Assembly (NCBI GenBank): GCA_032718475.1
Contig: JAUCBJ010007911.1
Coordinates: 16,422 to 80,421 of the forward strand
DNA: 64,000 nt
Reading direction: 5' to 3'
DNA from: Nemertoderma westbladi
Lineage: Eukaryota > Animalia > Xenacoelomorpha
A program made the translations under genes and the position numbers. The notes under the pieces were generated by a model that was given only the letters and a program-made list of their open reading frames with translations, did not search any database and was not told where the DNA came from. Shown in pieces: positions 12,401-26,779 of this stretch (the stretch's first letter is position 1; each line of letters opens with the position of its first letter).

Positions 12401-15400
12401 ATCAACCTCAGAGCCAGTAATGGGCCTGTAATATTGAAAACATCAACACCAGAGTCAGTAATGAGCCTGCAATAACATCAACTCCAGAGCCAGTAATGAG
12501 CCTGCAATATCGAACAGTAAAATCAACCCCAGAGCCAGTAATGGGCCTGAAATATCGAACAGTAAAATCAACACCAAAGTCAGTATTGAGCCTGCAATAT
12601 CGAACAGTAAAATCAACCCCAGAGCCAGTAATGAGCCTGCAATATCGAACAGTAAAATCAACCCCAGAGTCAGTAATGAGCCTGCAATATCGAATAGTAA
12701 AATCAACACTAGAGCAGGAATGGGCCTGAAATATCGAACAGTAAAATCAACACCAAAGTCAGTATTGAGCCTGCAATATCGAACAGTAAAATCAACCCCA
12801 GATTCAGTAATGAGCCTGCAATATCGAACAGTAAAATCAACCCCAGAGCCAGTAATGAGCCTGAAATATCGAACAGTAAAATCAACACCAAAGTCAGTAT
12901 TGAGCCTGCAATATCGAACAGTAAAATCAACCCCAGAGCCAGTAATGAGCCTACAATATCGAACAGTAAAATCAACACCAGAGTCAGTAATGAGCCTGCG
13001 ATATCGAACAGTAAAATCAACCCCAGAGTCAGTAATGAGCTTGCAATATCGAACAGTAAAATCAACACCAGAGTCAGTAATGAGCTTGCAATATCAAACA
13101 GTAAAATCAACCCCAGAGCCAGTAATGGGCCTGTAATATTGAAAACATCAACACCAGAGTCAGTAATGAGCCTACAATAACATCAACACCAGAGTCAGTA
13201 ATGAGCCTGCAATATCGAACAGTAAAATCAACCCCAGAGCCAGTAATGAGCCTGCAATATCGAACAGTAAAATCAACACCAGAGTCAGTAATGAGCCTGC
13301 AATAACATCAACACCAGAGTCAGTAATGAGCCTGTAATATCGAACAGTAAAATCAACCCCAGAGCCAGTAATGAGCCTGCAATATCGAACAGTAAAATCA
13401 ACACCAGAGTCAGTAATGAGCCTGCAATAACATCAACCCCAGAGCCAGTAATGAGCCTGAAATATCAAACAGTAAAATCAACACCAGAGTCAGTAATGAG
13501 CCTGCGATATCGAAAAGTAAAATCAACCCCAGAGTCAGTAATGAGCCTGCAATATCGAACAGTAAAATCAACCCCAGAGCCAGTAATGGGCCTGTAATAT
13601 TGAAAACATCAACACCAGAGTCAGTAATGACCCTGCAATAACATCAACACCAGAGTCAGTAATGAGCCTGCGATATCGAACAGTAAAATCAACATAAGTG
13701 TCAGTAATGAGCCTGCGATATCGAACAGTAAAATCAACCCCAGAGCCAGTAATGAGCCTGCAATATCGAACAGTAAAATCAACACAAGTGTCAGTAATGA
13801 GCCTGCGATATCGAACAGTAAAATCAACCCCAGAGCCAGTAATGAGCCTGCAATATCGAACAGTAAAATCAACCCCAGAGTCAGTAATGGGACTGCAATA
13901 TCGAACAGTAAATCAACACCAAAGTCAGTATTGAGCCTGCAATATCGAACAGTAAAATCAACCTCAGAGCCAGTAATGGGCCTGTAATATTGAAAACATC
14001 AACACCAGAGTCAGTAATGAGCCTGCAATAACATCAACTCCAGAGCCAGTAATGAGCCTGCAATATCGAACAGTAAAATCAACCTCAGAGCCAGTAATGG
14101 GCCTGTATTATTGAAAAGATCAACACCAGAGTCAGTAATGAGCCTGCAATAACATCAACACCAGAGTCAGTAATGTGCCTGCAATATCGAACAGTAAAAT
14201 CAACCCCAGAGCCAGTAATGAGCTTGCAATATCGAACAGTAAAATCAACCCCAGAACCAGTAATGAGCCTGCAATATCGAACAGTAAAATCAACCCCAGA
14301 GCCAGTAATGAGCCTGCAATATCGAACAGTAAAATCAACCCCAGAGTCAGTAATGAGCCTGCAATATCGAACAGTAAAATCAACACCAGAGTCAGTAATG
14401 AGCCTGCGATATCGAACAGTAAAATCAACCTCAGAGCCAGTAATGGGCCTGTAATATTGAAAACATCAACACCAGAGTCAGTAATGAGCCTGCAATAACA
14501 TCAACCCCAGAGCCAGTAATGAGCCTGAAATATCAAACAGTAAACTCAACACCAGAGTCAGTAATGAGCCTGCGATATCGAAAAGTAAAATCAACCCCAG
14601 AGTCAGTAATGAGCCTGCAATATCGAACAGTAAAATCAACCCCAGAGCCAGTAATGGGCCTGTAATATTGAAAACATCAACACCAGAGTCAGTAATGACC
14701 CTGCAATAACATCAACACCAGAGTCAGTAATGAGCCTGCGATATCGAACAGTAAAATCAACATAAGTGTCAGTAATGAGCCTGCGATATCGAACAGTAAA
14801 ATCAACCCCAGAGCCAGTAATGAGCCTGCAATATCGAACAGTAAAATCAACACAAGTGTCAGTAATGAGCCTGCGATATCGAACAGTAAAATCAACCCCA
14901 GAGCCAGTAATGAGCCTGCAATATCGAACAGTAAAATCAACCCCAGAGTCAGTAATGGGACTGCAATATCGAACAGTAAAATCAACACCAAAGTCAGTAT
15001 TGAGCTTGCAATATCGAACAGTAAAATCAACCTCAGAGCCAGTAATGGGCCTGTAATATTGAAAACATCAACACCAGAGTCAGTAATGAGCCTGCAATAA
15101 CATCAACTCCAGAGCCAGTAATGAGCCTGCAATATCGAACAGTAAAATCAACCCCAGAGCCAGTAATGGGCCTGAAATATCGAACAGTAAAATCAACACC
15201 AAAGTCAGTATTGAGCCTGCAATATCGAACAGTAAAATCAACCCCAGAGCCAGTAATGAGCCTGCAATATCGAACAGTAAAATCAACCCCAGAGTCAGTA
15301 ATGAGCCTGCAATATCGAATAGTAAAATCAACACTAGAGCAGGAATGGGCCTGAAATATCGAACAGTAAAATCAACACCAAAGTCAGTATTGAGCCTGCA

Positions 15401-18400
15401 ATATCGAACAGTAAAATCAACCCCAGATTCAGTAATGAGCCTGCAATATCGAACAGTAAAATCAACACCAAAGTCAGTATTGAGCCTGCAATATCGAACA
15501 GTAAAATCAACCTCAGAGCCAGTAATGGGCCTGTAATATTGAAAACATCAACACCAGAGTCAGTAATGAGCCTGCAATAACATCAACTCCAGAGCCAGTA
15601 ATGAGCCTGCAATATCGAACAGTAAAATCAACCTCAGAGCCAGTAATGGGCCTGTAATATTGAAAAGATCAACACCAGAGTCAGTAATGAGCCTGCAATA
15701 ACATCAACACCAGAGTCAGTAATGTGCCTGCAATATCGAACAGTAAAATCAACCCCAGAGCCAGTAATGAGCTTGCAATATCGAACAGTAAAATCAAACC
15801 CCGAAACCAGTAATGAGCCTGCAATATCGAACAGTAAAATCAACCCCAGAGCCAGTAATGAGCCTGCAATATCGAACAGTAAAATCAACCCCAGAGTCAG
15901 TAATGAGCCTGCAATATCGAACAGTAAAATCAACACCAGAGTCAGTAATGAGCCTGCGATATCGAACAGTAAAATCAACCTCAGAGCCAGTAATGGGCCT
16001 GTAATATTGAAAACATCAACACCAGAGTCAGTAATGAGCCTGCAATAACATCAACCCCAGAGCCAGTAATGAGCCTGAAATATCAAACAGTAAACTCAAC
16101 ACCAGAGTCAGTAATGAGCCTGCGATATCGAAAAGTAAAATCAACCCCAGAGTCAGTAATGAGCCTGCAATATCGAACAGTAAAATCAACCCCAGAGCCA
16201 GTAATGGGCCTGTAATATTGAAAACATCAACACCAGAGTCAGTAATGACCCTGCAATAACATCAACACCAGAGTCAGTAATGAGCCTGCGATATCGAACA
16301 GTAAAATCAACATAAGTGTCAGTAATGAGCCTGCGATATCGAACAGTAAAATCAACCCCAGAGCCAGTAATGAGCCTGCAATATCGAACAGTAAAATCAA
16401 CACAAGTGTCAGTAATGAGCCTGCGATATCGAACAGTAAAATCAACCCCAGAGCCAGTAATGAGCCTGCAATATCGAACAGTAAAATCAACCCCAGAGTC
16501 AGTAATGGGACTGCAATATCGAACAGTAAAATCAACACCAAAGTCAGTATTGAGCCTGCAATATCGAACAGTAAAATCAACCTCAGAGCCAGTAATGGGC
16601 CTGTAATATTGAAAACATCAACACCAGAGTCAGTAATGAGCCTGCAATAACATCAACTCCAGAGCCAGTAATGAGCCTGCAATATCGAACAGTAAAATCA
16701 ACCCCAGAGCCAGTAATGGGCCTGAAATATCGAACAGTAAAATCAACACCAAAGTCAGTATTGAGCCTGCAATATCGAACAGTAAAATCAACCCCAGAGC
16801 CAGTAATGAGCCTGCAATATCGAACAGTAAAATCAACCCCAGAGTCAGTAATGAGCCTGCAATATCGAATAGTAAAATCAACACTAGAGCAGGAATGGGC
16901 CTGAAATATCGAACAGTAAAATCAACACCAAAGTCAGTATTGAGCCTGCAATATCGAACAGTAAAATCAACCCCAGATTCAGTAATGAGCCTGCAATATC
17001 GAACAGTAAAATCAACCCCAGAGCCAGTAATGAGCCTGAAATATCGAACAGTAAAATCAACACCAAAGTCAGTATTGAGCCTGCAATATCGAACAGTAAA
17101 ATCAACCCCAGAGCCAGTAATGAGCCTGCAATATCGAACAGTAAAATCAACACCAGAGTCAGTAATGAGCCTGCGATATCGAACAGTAAAATCAACCCCA
17201 GAGTCAGTAATGAGCTTGCAATATCGAACAGTAAAATCAACACCAGAGTCAGTAATGAGCTTGCAATATCAAACAGTAAAATCAACCCCAGAGCCAGTAA
17301 TGGGCCTGTAATATTGAAAACATCAACACCAGAGTCAGTAATAAGCCTACAATAACATCAACACCAGAGTCAGTAATGAGCCTGCAATATTGAACAGTAA
17401 AATCAACCCCATAGCCAGTAATGAGCCTGCAATATCGAACAGTAAAATCAACACCAGAGTCAGTAATGAGCCTGCAATAACATCAACACAAGAGTCAGTA
17501 ATGAGCCTGCAATATCGAACAGTAAAATCAACCCCAGAGCCAGTAATGAGCCTGCAATATCGAACAGTAAAATCAACACCAGAGTCAGTAATGAGCCTGC
17601 AATAACATCAACCCCAGAGCCAGTAATGAGCCTGAAATATCAAACAGTAAAATCAACACCAGAGTCAGTAATGAGCCTGCGATATCGAAAAGTAAAATCA
17701 ACCCCAGAGTCAGTAATGAGCCTGCAATATCGAACAGTAAAATCAACCCCAGAGCCAGTAATGGGCCTGTAATATTGAAAACATCAACACCAGAGTCAGT
17801 AATGACCCTGCAATAACATCAACACCAGAGTCAGTAATGAGCCTGCGATATCGAACAGTAAAATCAACATAAGTGTCAGTAATGAGCCTGCGATATCGAA
17901 CAGTAAAATCAACCCCAGAGCCAGTAATGAGCCTGCAATATCGAACAGTAAAATCAACACAAGTGTCAGTAATGAGCCTGCGATATCGAACAGTAAAATC
18001 AACCCCATAGCCAGTAATGAGCCTGCAATATCGAACAGTAAAATCAACACCAGAGTCAGTAATGAGCCTGCAATAACATCAACACCAGAGTCAGTAATAA
18101 GCCTACAATAACATCAACACCAGAGTCAGTAATGAGCCTGCAATATTGAACAGTAAAATCAACCCCATAGCCAGTAATGAGCCTGCAATATCGAACAGTA
18201 AAATCAACACCAGAGTCAGTAATGAGCCTGCAATAACATCAACACAAGAGTCAGTAATGAGCCTGCAATATCGAACAGTAAAATCAACCTCAGAGTCAGT
18301 AATGGGACTGCAATATCGAACAGTAAAATCAACACCAAAGTCAGTATTGAGCCTGCAATATCGAACAGTAAAATCAACCTCAGAGCCAGTAATGGGCCTG

Positions 18401-21400
18401 TAATATTGAAAACATCAACACCAGAGTCAGTAATGAGCCTGCAATAACATCAACTCCAGAGCCAGTAATGAGCCTGCAATATCGAACAGTAAAATCAACC
18501 TCAGAGCCAGTAATGGGCCTGTAATATTGAAAAGATCAACACCAGAGTCAGTAATGAGCCTGCAATAACATCAACACCAGAGTCAGTAATGTGCCTGCAA
18601 TATCGAACAGTAAAATCAACCCCAGAGCCAGTAATGAGCTTGCAATATCGAACAGTAAAATCAACCCCAGAACCAGTAATGAGCCTGCAATATCGAACAG
18701 TAAAATCAACCCCAGAGCCAGTAATGAGCCTGCAATATCGAACAGTAAAATCAACCCCAGAGTCAGTAATGAGCCTGCAATATCGAACAGTAAAATCAAC
18801 ACCAGAGTCAGTAATGAGCCTGCGATATCGAACAGTAAAATCAACCTCAGAGCCAGTAATGGGCCTGTAATATTGAAAACATCAACACCAGAGTCAGTAA
18901 TGAGCCTGCAATAACATCAACTCCAGAGCCAGTAATGAGCCTGCAATATCGAACAGTAAAATCAACCCCAGAGCCAGTAATGGGCCTGAAATATCGAACA
19001 GTAAAATCAATACCAAAGTCAGTATTGAGCCTGCAATATCGAACAGTAAAATCAACCCCAGAGCCAGTAATGAGCCTGCAATATCGAACAGTAAAATCAA
19101 CCCCAGAGTCAGTAATGAGCCTGCAATATCGAATAGTAAAATCAACACTAGAGCAGGAATGGGCCTGAAATATCGAACAGTAAAATCAACACCAAAGTCA
19201 GTATTGAGCCTGCAATATCGAACAGTAAAATAAACCCCAGATTCAGTAATGAGCCTGCAATATCGAACAGTAAAATCAACCCCAGAGCCAGTAATGAGCC
19301 TGAAATATCGAACAGTAAAATCAACACCAAAGTCAGTATTGAGCCTGCAATATCGAACAGTAAAATCAACCCCAGAGCCAGTAATGAGCCTGCAATATCG
19401 AACAGTAAAATCAACACCAGAGTCAGTAATGAGCCTGCGATATCGAACAGTAAAATCAACCCCAGAGTCAGTAATGAGCTTGCAATATCGAACAGTAAAA
19501 TCAACCCCAGAGCCAGTAATGAGCCTGCAATATCGAACAGTAAAATCAACCCCAGAGCCAGTAATGAGCCTGCAATATCGAACAGTAAAATCAACACCAG
19601 AGTCAGTAATGAGCCTGCGATATCGAACAGTAAAATCAACCCCAGAGTCAGTAATGAGCTTGCAATATCGAACAGTAAAATCAACCCCAGAGCCAGTAAT
19701 GAGCCTGAAATATCGAACAGTAAAATCAACACCAAAGTCAGTATTGAGCCTGCAATATCGAACAGTAAAATCAACCCCAGATCCAGTAATGAGCCTGCAA
19801 TATCGAACAGTAAAATCAACACCAAAGTCAGTATTGAGCCTGCAATATCGAACAGTAAAATCAACCTCAGAGCCAGTAATGGGCCTGTAATATTGAAAAG
19901 ATCAACACCAGAGTCAGTAATGAGCCTGCAATAACATCAACACCAGAGTCAGTAATGTGCCTGCAATATCGAACAGTAAAATCAACCCCAGAGCCAGTAA
20001 TGAGCTTGCAATATCGAACAGTAAAATCAACCCCAGAACCAGTAATGAGCCTGCAATATCGAACAGTAAAATCAACCCCAGAGCCAGTAATGAGCCTGCA
20101 ATATCGAACAGTAAAATCAACCCCAGAGTCAGTAATGAGCCTGCAATATCGAACAGTAAAATCAACACCAGAGTCAGTAATGAGCCTGCGATATCGAACA
20201 GTAAAATCAACCCCAGAGCCAGTAATGAGCTTGCAATATCGAACAGTAAATTCAACTCCAGAGCCAGTAATGAGCCTGCAATATCGAACAGTAAAATCAA
20301 CCCCAGAGCCAGTAATGAGCCTGCAATATCGAACAGTAAAATCAACACCAGAGTCAGTAATGAGCCTGTGATATCGAACAGTAAAATCAACCCCAGAGTC
20401 AGTATTGAGCCTGCAATATCGAACAGTAAAATCAACCCCAGATCCAGTAATGAGCCTGCAATATCGAACAGTAAAATCAACACCAAAGTCAGTATTGAGC
20501 CTGCAATATCGAACAGTAAAATCAACCTCAGAGCCAGTAATGGGCCTGTAATATTGAAAAGATCAACACCAGAGTCAGTAATGAGCCTGCAATAACATCA
20601 ACACCAGAGTCAGTAATGTGCCTGCAATATCGAACAGTAAAATCAACCCCAGAGCCAGTAATGAGCTTGCAATATCGAACAGTAAAATCAACCCCAGAAC
20701 CAGTAATGAGCCTGCAATATCGAACAGTAAAATCAACCCCAGAGCCAGTAATGAGCCTGCAATATCGAACAGTAAAATCAACCCCAGAGTCAGTAATGAG
20801 CCTGCAATATCGAACAGTAAAATCAACACCAGAGTCAGTAATGAGCCTGCGATATCGAACAGTAAAATCAACCCCAGAGCCAGTAATGAGCTTGCAATAT
20901 CGAACAGTAAATTCAACTCCAGAGCCAGTAATGAGCCTGCAATATCGAACAGTAAAATCAACCCCAGAGCCAGTAATGAGCCTGCAATATCGAACAGTAA
21001 AATCAACACCAGAGTCAGTAATGAGCCTGTGATATCGAACAGTAAAATCAACCCCAGAGTCAGTAATGAGCTTGCAATATCGAACAGTAAAATCAACCCC
21101 AGAGCCAGTAATCAGCCTGCAATATCGAACAGTAAAATCAACCCCAGAGCCAGTAATGAGCTTGCAATATCGAACAGTAAAATCAACACCAAAGTCAGTA
21201 ATGAGCCTGCGATATCGAACAGTAAAATCAACCCCAGAGTCAGTAATGAGCTTGCAATATCGAACAGTAAAATCAACCCCAGAGCCAGTAATGGGCCTGC
21301 AATATGGAAAACATCAACCCCAGAGTCAGTAATGAGCCTGCAATAACACCAACACCAGAGTCAGTAATGAGCCTGCAATATCGAACAGTAAAATCAACCC

Positions 21401-21645
21401 CAGAGCCAGTAATGAGCCTGCAATATCGAACAGTAAAATCAACACCAGAGTCAGTAATGAGCCTGCAATATCGAACAGTAAAATCAACCCCAGAGCCAGT
21501 AATGGGCCTGAAATATCGAACAGTAAAATCAACACCAGAGTCAGTAATGAGCCTGCAATAACATCAACACCAGAGTCAGTAATGAGCCTGCAATATCGAA
21601 CAGTAAAATCAACACCAGAGTCAGTAATGAGTCTGATGCAATAAC
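9433..21645. repeat. 45-bp satellite array, about 12.2 kb, roughly 280 units
   Basis: Consensus aacagtaaaatcaac(c/a)ccagag(c/t)cagtaatgagcctgcaatatcg, with recurrent 41-bp (tattgaaaacatcaac) and 35-bp (taacatcaac) deletion variants. Confidence 0.98.
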
Positions 21646-22577
21646 ATTTACATTATATGTCATTATTTTATTTTATTTTATTTTATGCCGTTGTTACATA
21701 TTGTAGCCTGGTTTCTATGATTGAGCTGTACATCATAGTTAACCAGGGTCCATAGCAGGGGAGGGGGGACACAACAAACCGATAAAATTGTCTAATGCTT
21801 ATTCTTACTGTTAGACATACCTTAGATTACATTGGATAACAATAAATAATATATTAGCTTCTGCAGAATTTTACGCTCTTTCAAATGGTATGTAGATTGT
21901 AGATATTAATATATGTAGTTCGTTGACATTATAAAATTTAAATGCTTTTAACTTTCGTATTGAGTGTCTAGACCTACAAAACTGCTAGCAATGTTGTACT
22001 GATACATGATCTTAATCTGCTTCTATTGGAGGGAAATTTAAATTGTTACAATGTTGACTGTTACTGCAATCTGTTATCTGAATTACCGGCATGCTTCTTT
22101 TTAGTCTGTTAGTGCATAGTGATTGTATTACTTTATTACAGGTCAAATCCGTCCGTACCGGTACCGGTACCGGTATTAAAATAAATTAGATTATAAATAA
22201 AGTATTTTTACATTTTTTGGATTTTTTGGAATAAGGTATTTTTGCAGGATTCCAGGATCAGAGGATGTGGTGTCTTTATTTTATATTATAATATAAATTA
22301 AACTTTGGCCGTGACAAGAATAAACATTGCCAATAAAAATTAAGTCAAATATATAAATAAATGTTGAAAAATATACCGGTACCTACCCTGCCAATTATTT
22401 TTCGAGTGTGTACTTGGCCTTGCCTTACTACAGTCTATAAGAAGACAGATCTTTATAAAGACTCGACTGATTGGCTTATCTAATTGAATGAATGTTTATT
22501 ATTCTTTACTGCTACTGCACTGCAGTCAGGCAGTGCCGGTAGCAGCCTATCGGATTGGAAAGGGGTGCGTTTAGAGA

Positions 22578-22658
22578 ATGAGTTTACCTGTTCAGTGCCG
22601 TCCGCGACCGATAAGGTCGCTCGTATTCGTAACCGGAAACAAAAACAAACTAAAAGAG
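22578..22658 (+). CDS. ITPA: Inosine triphosphate pyrophosphatase (Ham1 family), coding exon 1
   Basis: MSLPVQCRPRPIRSLVFVTGNKNKLKE, with the conserved FVTGN..KL.E motif. An in-frame TAG lies just upstream. Donor GTGAGT at 22659 (phase 0). Confidence 0.9.
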
Positions 22659-23054
22659 GTGAGTTACAGATTTTTTGTATGAAATTTTCATTCATTTGAA
22701 TTTTGTAGTCCACCCAAATTCTACCACAGATACAAATAAACAAGGCTACTACTGACAGACTGAGTCTAGAGATATGGAAACTGCGCTTTAATTAACTTAA
22801 TTTCATAAAATTTAATTGGGTTTAATTGGGATTTTCTTCGAAGGCGTACTGGCGTAGCGTAGCCTACGCATAGGCGATGGAATGCAGTTTCGCTTACCCT
22901 TATGTAAATCTTTGCGAGTTAACCAATGAATTACTCGAACTGGACCTTTCATAAAAGAGAGGTGAATTCAAATAAGATCAATATATGAAGTTGTTTGTTA
23001 TCATCTGGGCACGAGCTATACCGACCGATACAAGATACAATCAATGCAAAGCCA

Positions 23055-23340
23055 CAACAACATACACATCATCCTCCATAACGACATACACATCATCCTC
23101 CATAACGACATACACATCATCCTCCATAACGACATACACATCATCCTCCATAACGACATACACATCATCCTCCATAACGACATACACATCATCCTCCATA
23201 ACGACATACACATCATCCTCCATAACGACATACACATCATCCTCCATAACGACATACACATCATCCTCCATAACGACATACACATCATCCTCCATAACGA
23301 CATACACATCATCCTCCATAACGACATACACATCATCCTT
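23055..23340. repeat. 24-bp minisatellite, about 12 near-perfect copies
   Basis: (acatacacatcatcctccataacg)n. Confidence 0.97.
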
Positions 23341-23990
23341 TTACTTTGTGCAATTTACAACGTATTTATGCAACTAGCCTTTACGGCAGTAATCTTTGGA
23401 ATCTATTTTCAGACGATTGTTCGAGAATACTTAATGCTTGGAATATTAATTTTCGCATTATTTTTAAATTGCCTTTCAACTCGCATAGATATATTATTGA
23501 ACAACTTTTACCTTTTGAACATCCATATATTATGATGCAATCTCGGTTTGTTAATTTTGCACAAATTTTACAATCCTTATCTAAACGCGTGATTATATTT
23601 ATTGGTAATTTGTACCTATAAGATTGTAGGTCGCCGTCGCGTAGTGGTGCCAATTTTCGGACTATAGGAAATTTCTGTAATAAATATGACCTTACATCTA
23701 CTACAACTGACCTTACATCTAAATGTGTAAAAAGTTGAAATGTTCCTCTTATGAAGACCAATGAATGGAAAGTACATTTCTGCAAGGAATTAATTAATGT
23801 GCGCCTCGATACTATGGAGGTAAAAGGTTTCGGTGACCATGAACCAAAATATATTTTGGACTATATTGTTACTTCATAACCTACATTCTTTATTATAGCT
23901 ATATCTTGTATTAAACTTTACCGGTCCGGTTGTGCTATATTTTTTCTTTGGGGCGTGTATGAAATTATATAATAATATATATAGGAATAA
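23340..23990 (+). mobile_element. 5'-truncated non-LTR retrotransposon (LINE, CR1/L2-group-like) ORF2 C-terminus and 3' UTR
   Basis: YATSLYGSNLWNL...ILNAWNINFRIIFKLPFNSHRYIIEQL resembles the post-RT C-terminal region of CR1/L2-group ORF2. It ends ...ILDYIVTS* near 23878, followed by an AT-rich tail. Confidence 0.65.
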
Positions 23991-24138
23991 TACAGAGTTA
24001 TACCGACCCATTCCCACCCACCTACAGCTACAACCGGGAATCGGGACCACCCGTACCGCGCTATTGCTAATCTATAAATTGGCTACAGAATTTTATGACT
24101 CAAACCAGTAAGATCCGGATTCCAAAATTATAAATTAA

Positions 24139-24501
24139 GGGAAAGGAGCAGGTTACAGTGGCACGTTGTTTTAACCAAAACAATAAACTAAAGTCAATAG
24201 AACAGGTTATAGTTTTTATTTTTGGGAGTTATATAAATGTAAAAAAAATCGACTTCCGTAGGGACAATGTTAAATGTAGAATCCGGATCCGCGTTTTACT
24301 CTGACCCATTTATTGTTGCCTGTAAGTGTTCCTGTGCGCAGATTGGTGGAAAACTGGACGCAATAAAATTCATCCCTCTCCAGGGGAAATTTGACGCAAA
24401 TAACAGCTGATTACTCTCTAAAATAAAACTGTAACCTGTTCTATTGTGTTTAGTTTATTGTTTTAGTTAAAATAACGTGCCACTGTAACCTGCTCCTTTC
24501 C
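24139..24501. mobile_element. MITE-like element with terminal inverted repeats of about 90 bp
   Basis: ggaaaggagcaggttacagtggcacgttgttttaaccaaaacaataaactaaa..aatagaacaggtta (from about 24140) is the reverse complement of taacctgttctattg..tttagtttattgttttagttaaaataacgtgccactgtaacctgctcctttcc (to 24501). TTAA lies on the left flank. Confidence 0.8.
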
Positions 24502-25182
24502 TAAAATTGAGCATTTAACATTGAGGCGGGATATTTATTCGCCAAGGCGGGTTTTGCGTCGAGTTTCCCCCCTGTCTCCCTGCGGGTAATGTTCTCCTTT
24601 TTGTTTCATCTTATATGTTATAGATTAATAAAATAGTTTTTTTTTACATTAATTATTTTATTTAATGTCCGAGTTCGCTCGACATAGTTATAGTTCTATA
24701 TACTGATACCAAATACCGTTACTGATGGCCGAAGCGTACAGCAGTAGATATACCGGTTCCCTGGAACCAAAATCGGAAAAAAAACGGACAAAAAGTAAAA
24801 ATACGACAAAAACAAATATACTGAGTGATTTAAACAGATACATAAGAAAGTTTATTCTGATTCAATTACATTCCTTTCCGGGTCGGGCCGGGCCGGGCAT
24901 GGGCCGCATTGTAAATATTGGAACGACCGCTATTGTTTAATAATTATAATATACAGTAAACAAAACACAAAAATCTGAACCTTTATGTTACACTTTTTTT
25001 TTATCACAGAATTAAATTAAATACTTAACATATTTAACTTTCCTGCAACTAGGGTCATTTCTTGATTTAATTGTGTCTTTGTTTAACTTTGTAATGTACC
25101 TTTGCTACATACATACAGTACATAGCTAATCACTTACATATTACTTATATATTACGATACACGTACAGGCTTACATTCTTAC

Positions 25183-25213
<31 letters not shown>

Positions 25214-25666
25214 GGTGGTAGGGTAGCGGTACTGTCCGGGCTACTATTGACCGCGCTCCGGGGGCTACTATCCAGGGTACTATTGTCCGGTATTGTCTGG
25301 GGGCTAGAAACTATGTTGACACCTGGAAATTCTGGGAAATTACGACATACCATTTTTTCTTTTTCTCAAACTTTTCTCTAATCTTTGGCATCTTTTCAAT
25401 CACACATCTCAATTGAAATAGGCATTATTTCACGTGTCAAAATAGCCGTTGTTTTCTGCTATGCAGTAGGCCTACTGATTAGTACGTATGGAGCAGATCT
25501 TTAGGAATTACTGGAAAATCTTTCAGAGGACATGACAAGAAGTCTTCTTATAGATTTCATGTCCTCTTAACTCTTAAGAGATTACATTACATCTCCAAAG
25601 AGGATAGGTTTACATATTTAGTGGTATGTTTGCTTTGCCCCGTTGTTGTATTTCTATTTTTTTTAG

Positions 25667-25724
25667 GTTTCTGATATAATTAAACCCGCCACTGGAATCG
25701 ATGTTGTATCCCGCTCTGTTGATC
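25667..25724 (+). CDS. ITPA: ITPA coding exon 2
   Basis: Polypyrimidine tract and TAG, then VSDIIKPATGIDVVSRSVD+c, donor GTAAGT. Phases 0/1 fit the neighbouring exons. Confidence 0.85.
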
Positions 25725-26314
25725 GTAAGTTAAATTCAATGTTAAGCTAATAAACTTATAGATGTATTTATTATTTAGGTTCTACTGTATATTGTACTGT
25801 ATCATCGGTGTGTGGTGATTTTTGATGGCGACAAACTTGTTTAACGGCAGGCGAATATACTCCTGCGATTTATAATTACTGTATTGTTCAATTGTTGTGT
25901 TACTTTATATCACTGTATATTGTATATCATTGTATATCCAAAAGTCTGCCAGGAATATGATCAGGATCTGCAGTTATATCCAAAAAGCTAATCGGTGCAG
26001 TCCTGTGCGTAGGAATGCACTGGCACCGGTACCAGTATACTATGTACTTGACCAAATTAATTTAGATTAAATTAAAAAGGTTTTCAATTTCGTGTAATTC
26101 GTTCAAAGTCTGTTAGAAATAAATTTGGGGTTGGCATTATTTTCTACAAAATTTTCTAGTGAGACGGGTCAATGACACTATGATTCCTCTAGTTAATGTG
26201 GAAGTTACATTACATTACAAACTACATGAACTAATGTTAGTGTAGACAGACATACGTCATCTTTGGTTTGTGAATAGACGTATGACGTAATAAATGGCCG
26301 ATTGTTTATTCCAG

Positions 26315-26453
26315 TTCACGAATATCAAGGTGAACCCAATGATATTGTTCGTAACAAGTGTTTGGAAGCCGTTCGGTTGGTTAAAGCTCCTCTTATTGTA
26401 GAAGATACCTGTTTGTGTTTCAATGCTTTGGGTGGCCTCCCTGGCCCTTATGT
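26315..26453 (+). CDS. ITPA: ITPA coding exon 3
   Basis: (L)[45 protein letters not shown], the ITPA signature. CAG acceptor, GTAAGT donor, phases 1/2. Confidence 0.96.
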
Positions 26454-26634
26454 GTAAGTTTATGGACGTACGTGTAAGTTTATTTACCGGTACTTAATTT
26501 ATGTTTGTTCTCTTAATTGACGTAAGTGTAATATGCTTCTGTATAAAAATCATAAAAAGTATGATGGCCGACCGGTACCAACAATTTAAAAGTATAATTA
26601 TCATGGATTTTAAACTAATTTGTTATCTGTGTAG

Positions 26635-26779
26635 AAAGTGGTTTGTTGATAAGATAAAACCCATTGGACTGTATAATCTACTTTCGGCCTACGAAGATAA
26701 ATCAGCCTACGCGCTCTGCACGTTCGGATACAATGATGGATATTCAGATGAGGTTCATTTATTTATGGGTATCATCGAG
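26635..26779 (+). CDS. ITPA: ITPA coding exon 4
   Basis: (V)[48 protein letters not shown]. Acceptor tctgtgtag, donor GTGAGT at 26780, phases 2/0. Confidence 0.96.

Noticed and set aside
9210-21561. Many repetitive ORFs (LILLFDIAGSLL, SLQYRTVKSTPE, SNEPAISNSKINPR)
   Set aside because: They are by-products of a 45-bp (3n) unit that is open in several frames. The 41- and 35-bp variants repeatedly break the frame.
22985-23535. TTYTSSSI, HIILHND and MEDDVYVV repeat ORFs
   Set aside because: These are translations of the 24-bp minisatellite.
25187-25315. Poly-G run and short ctactat repeats
   Set aside because: Low-complexity sequence or a possible TE relic; no boundaries or function can be supported.
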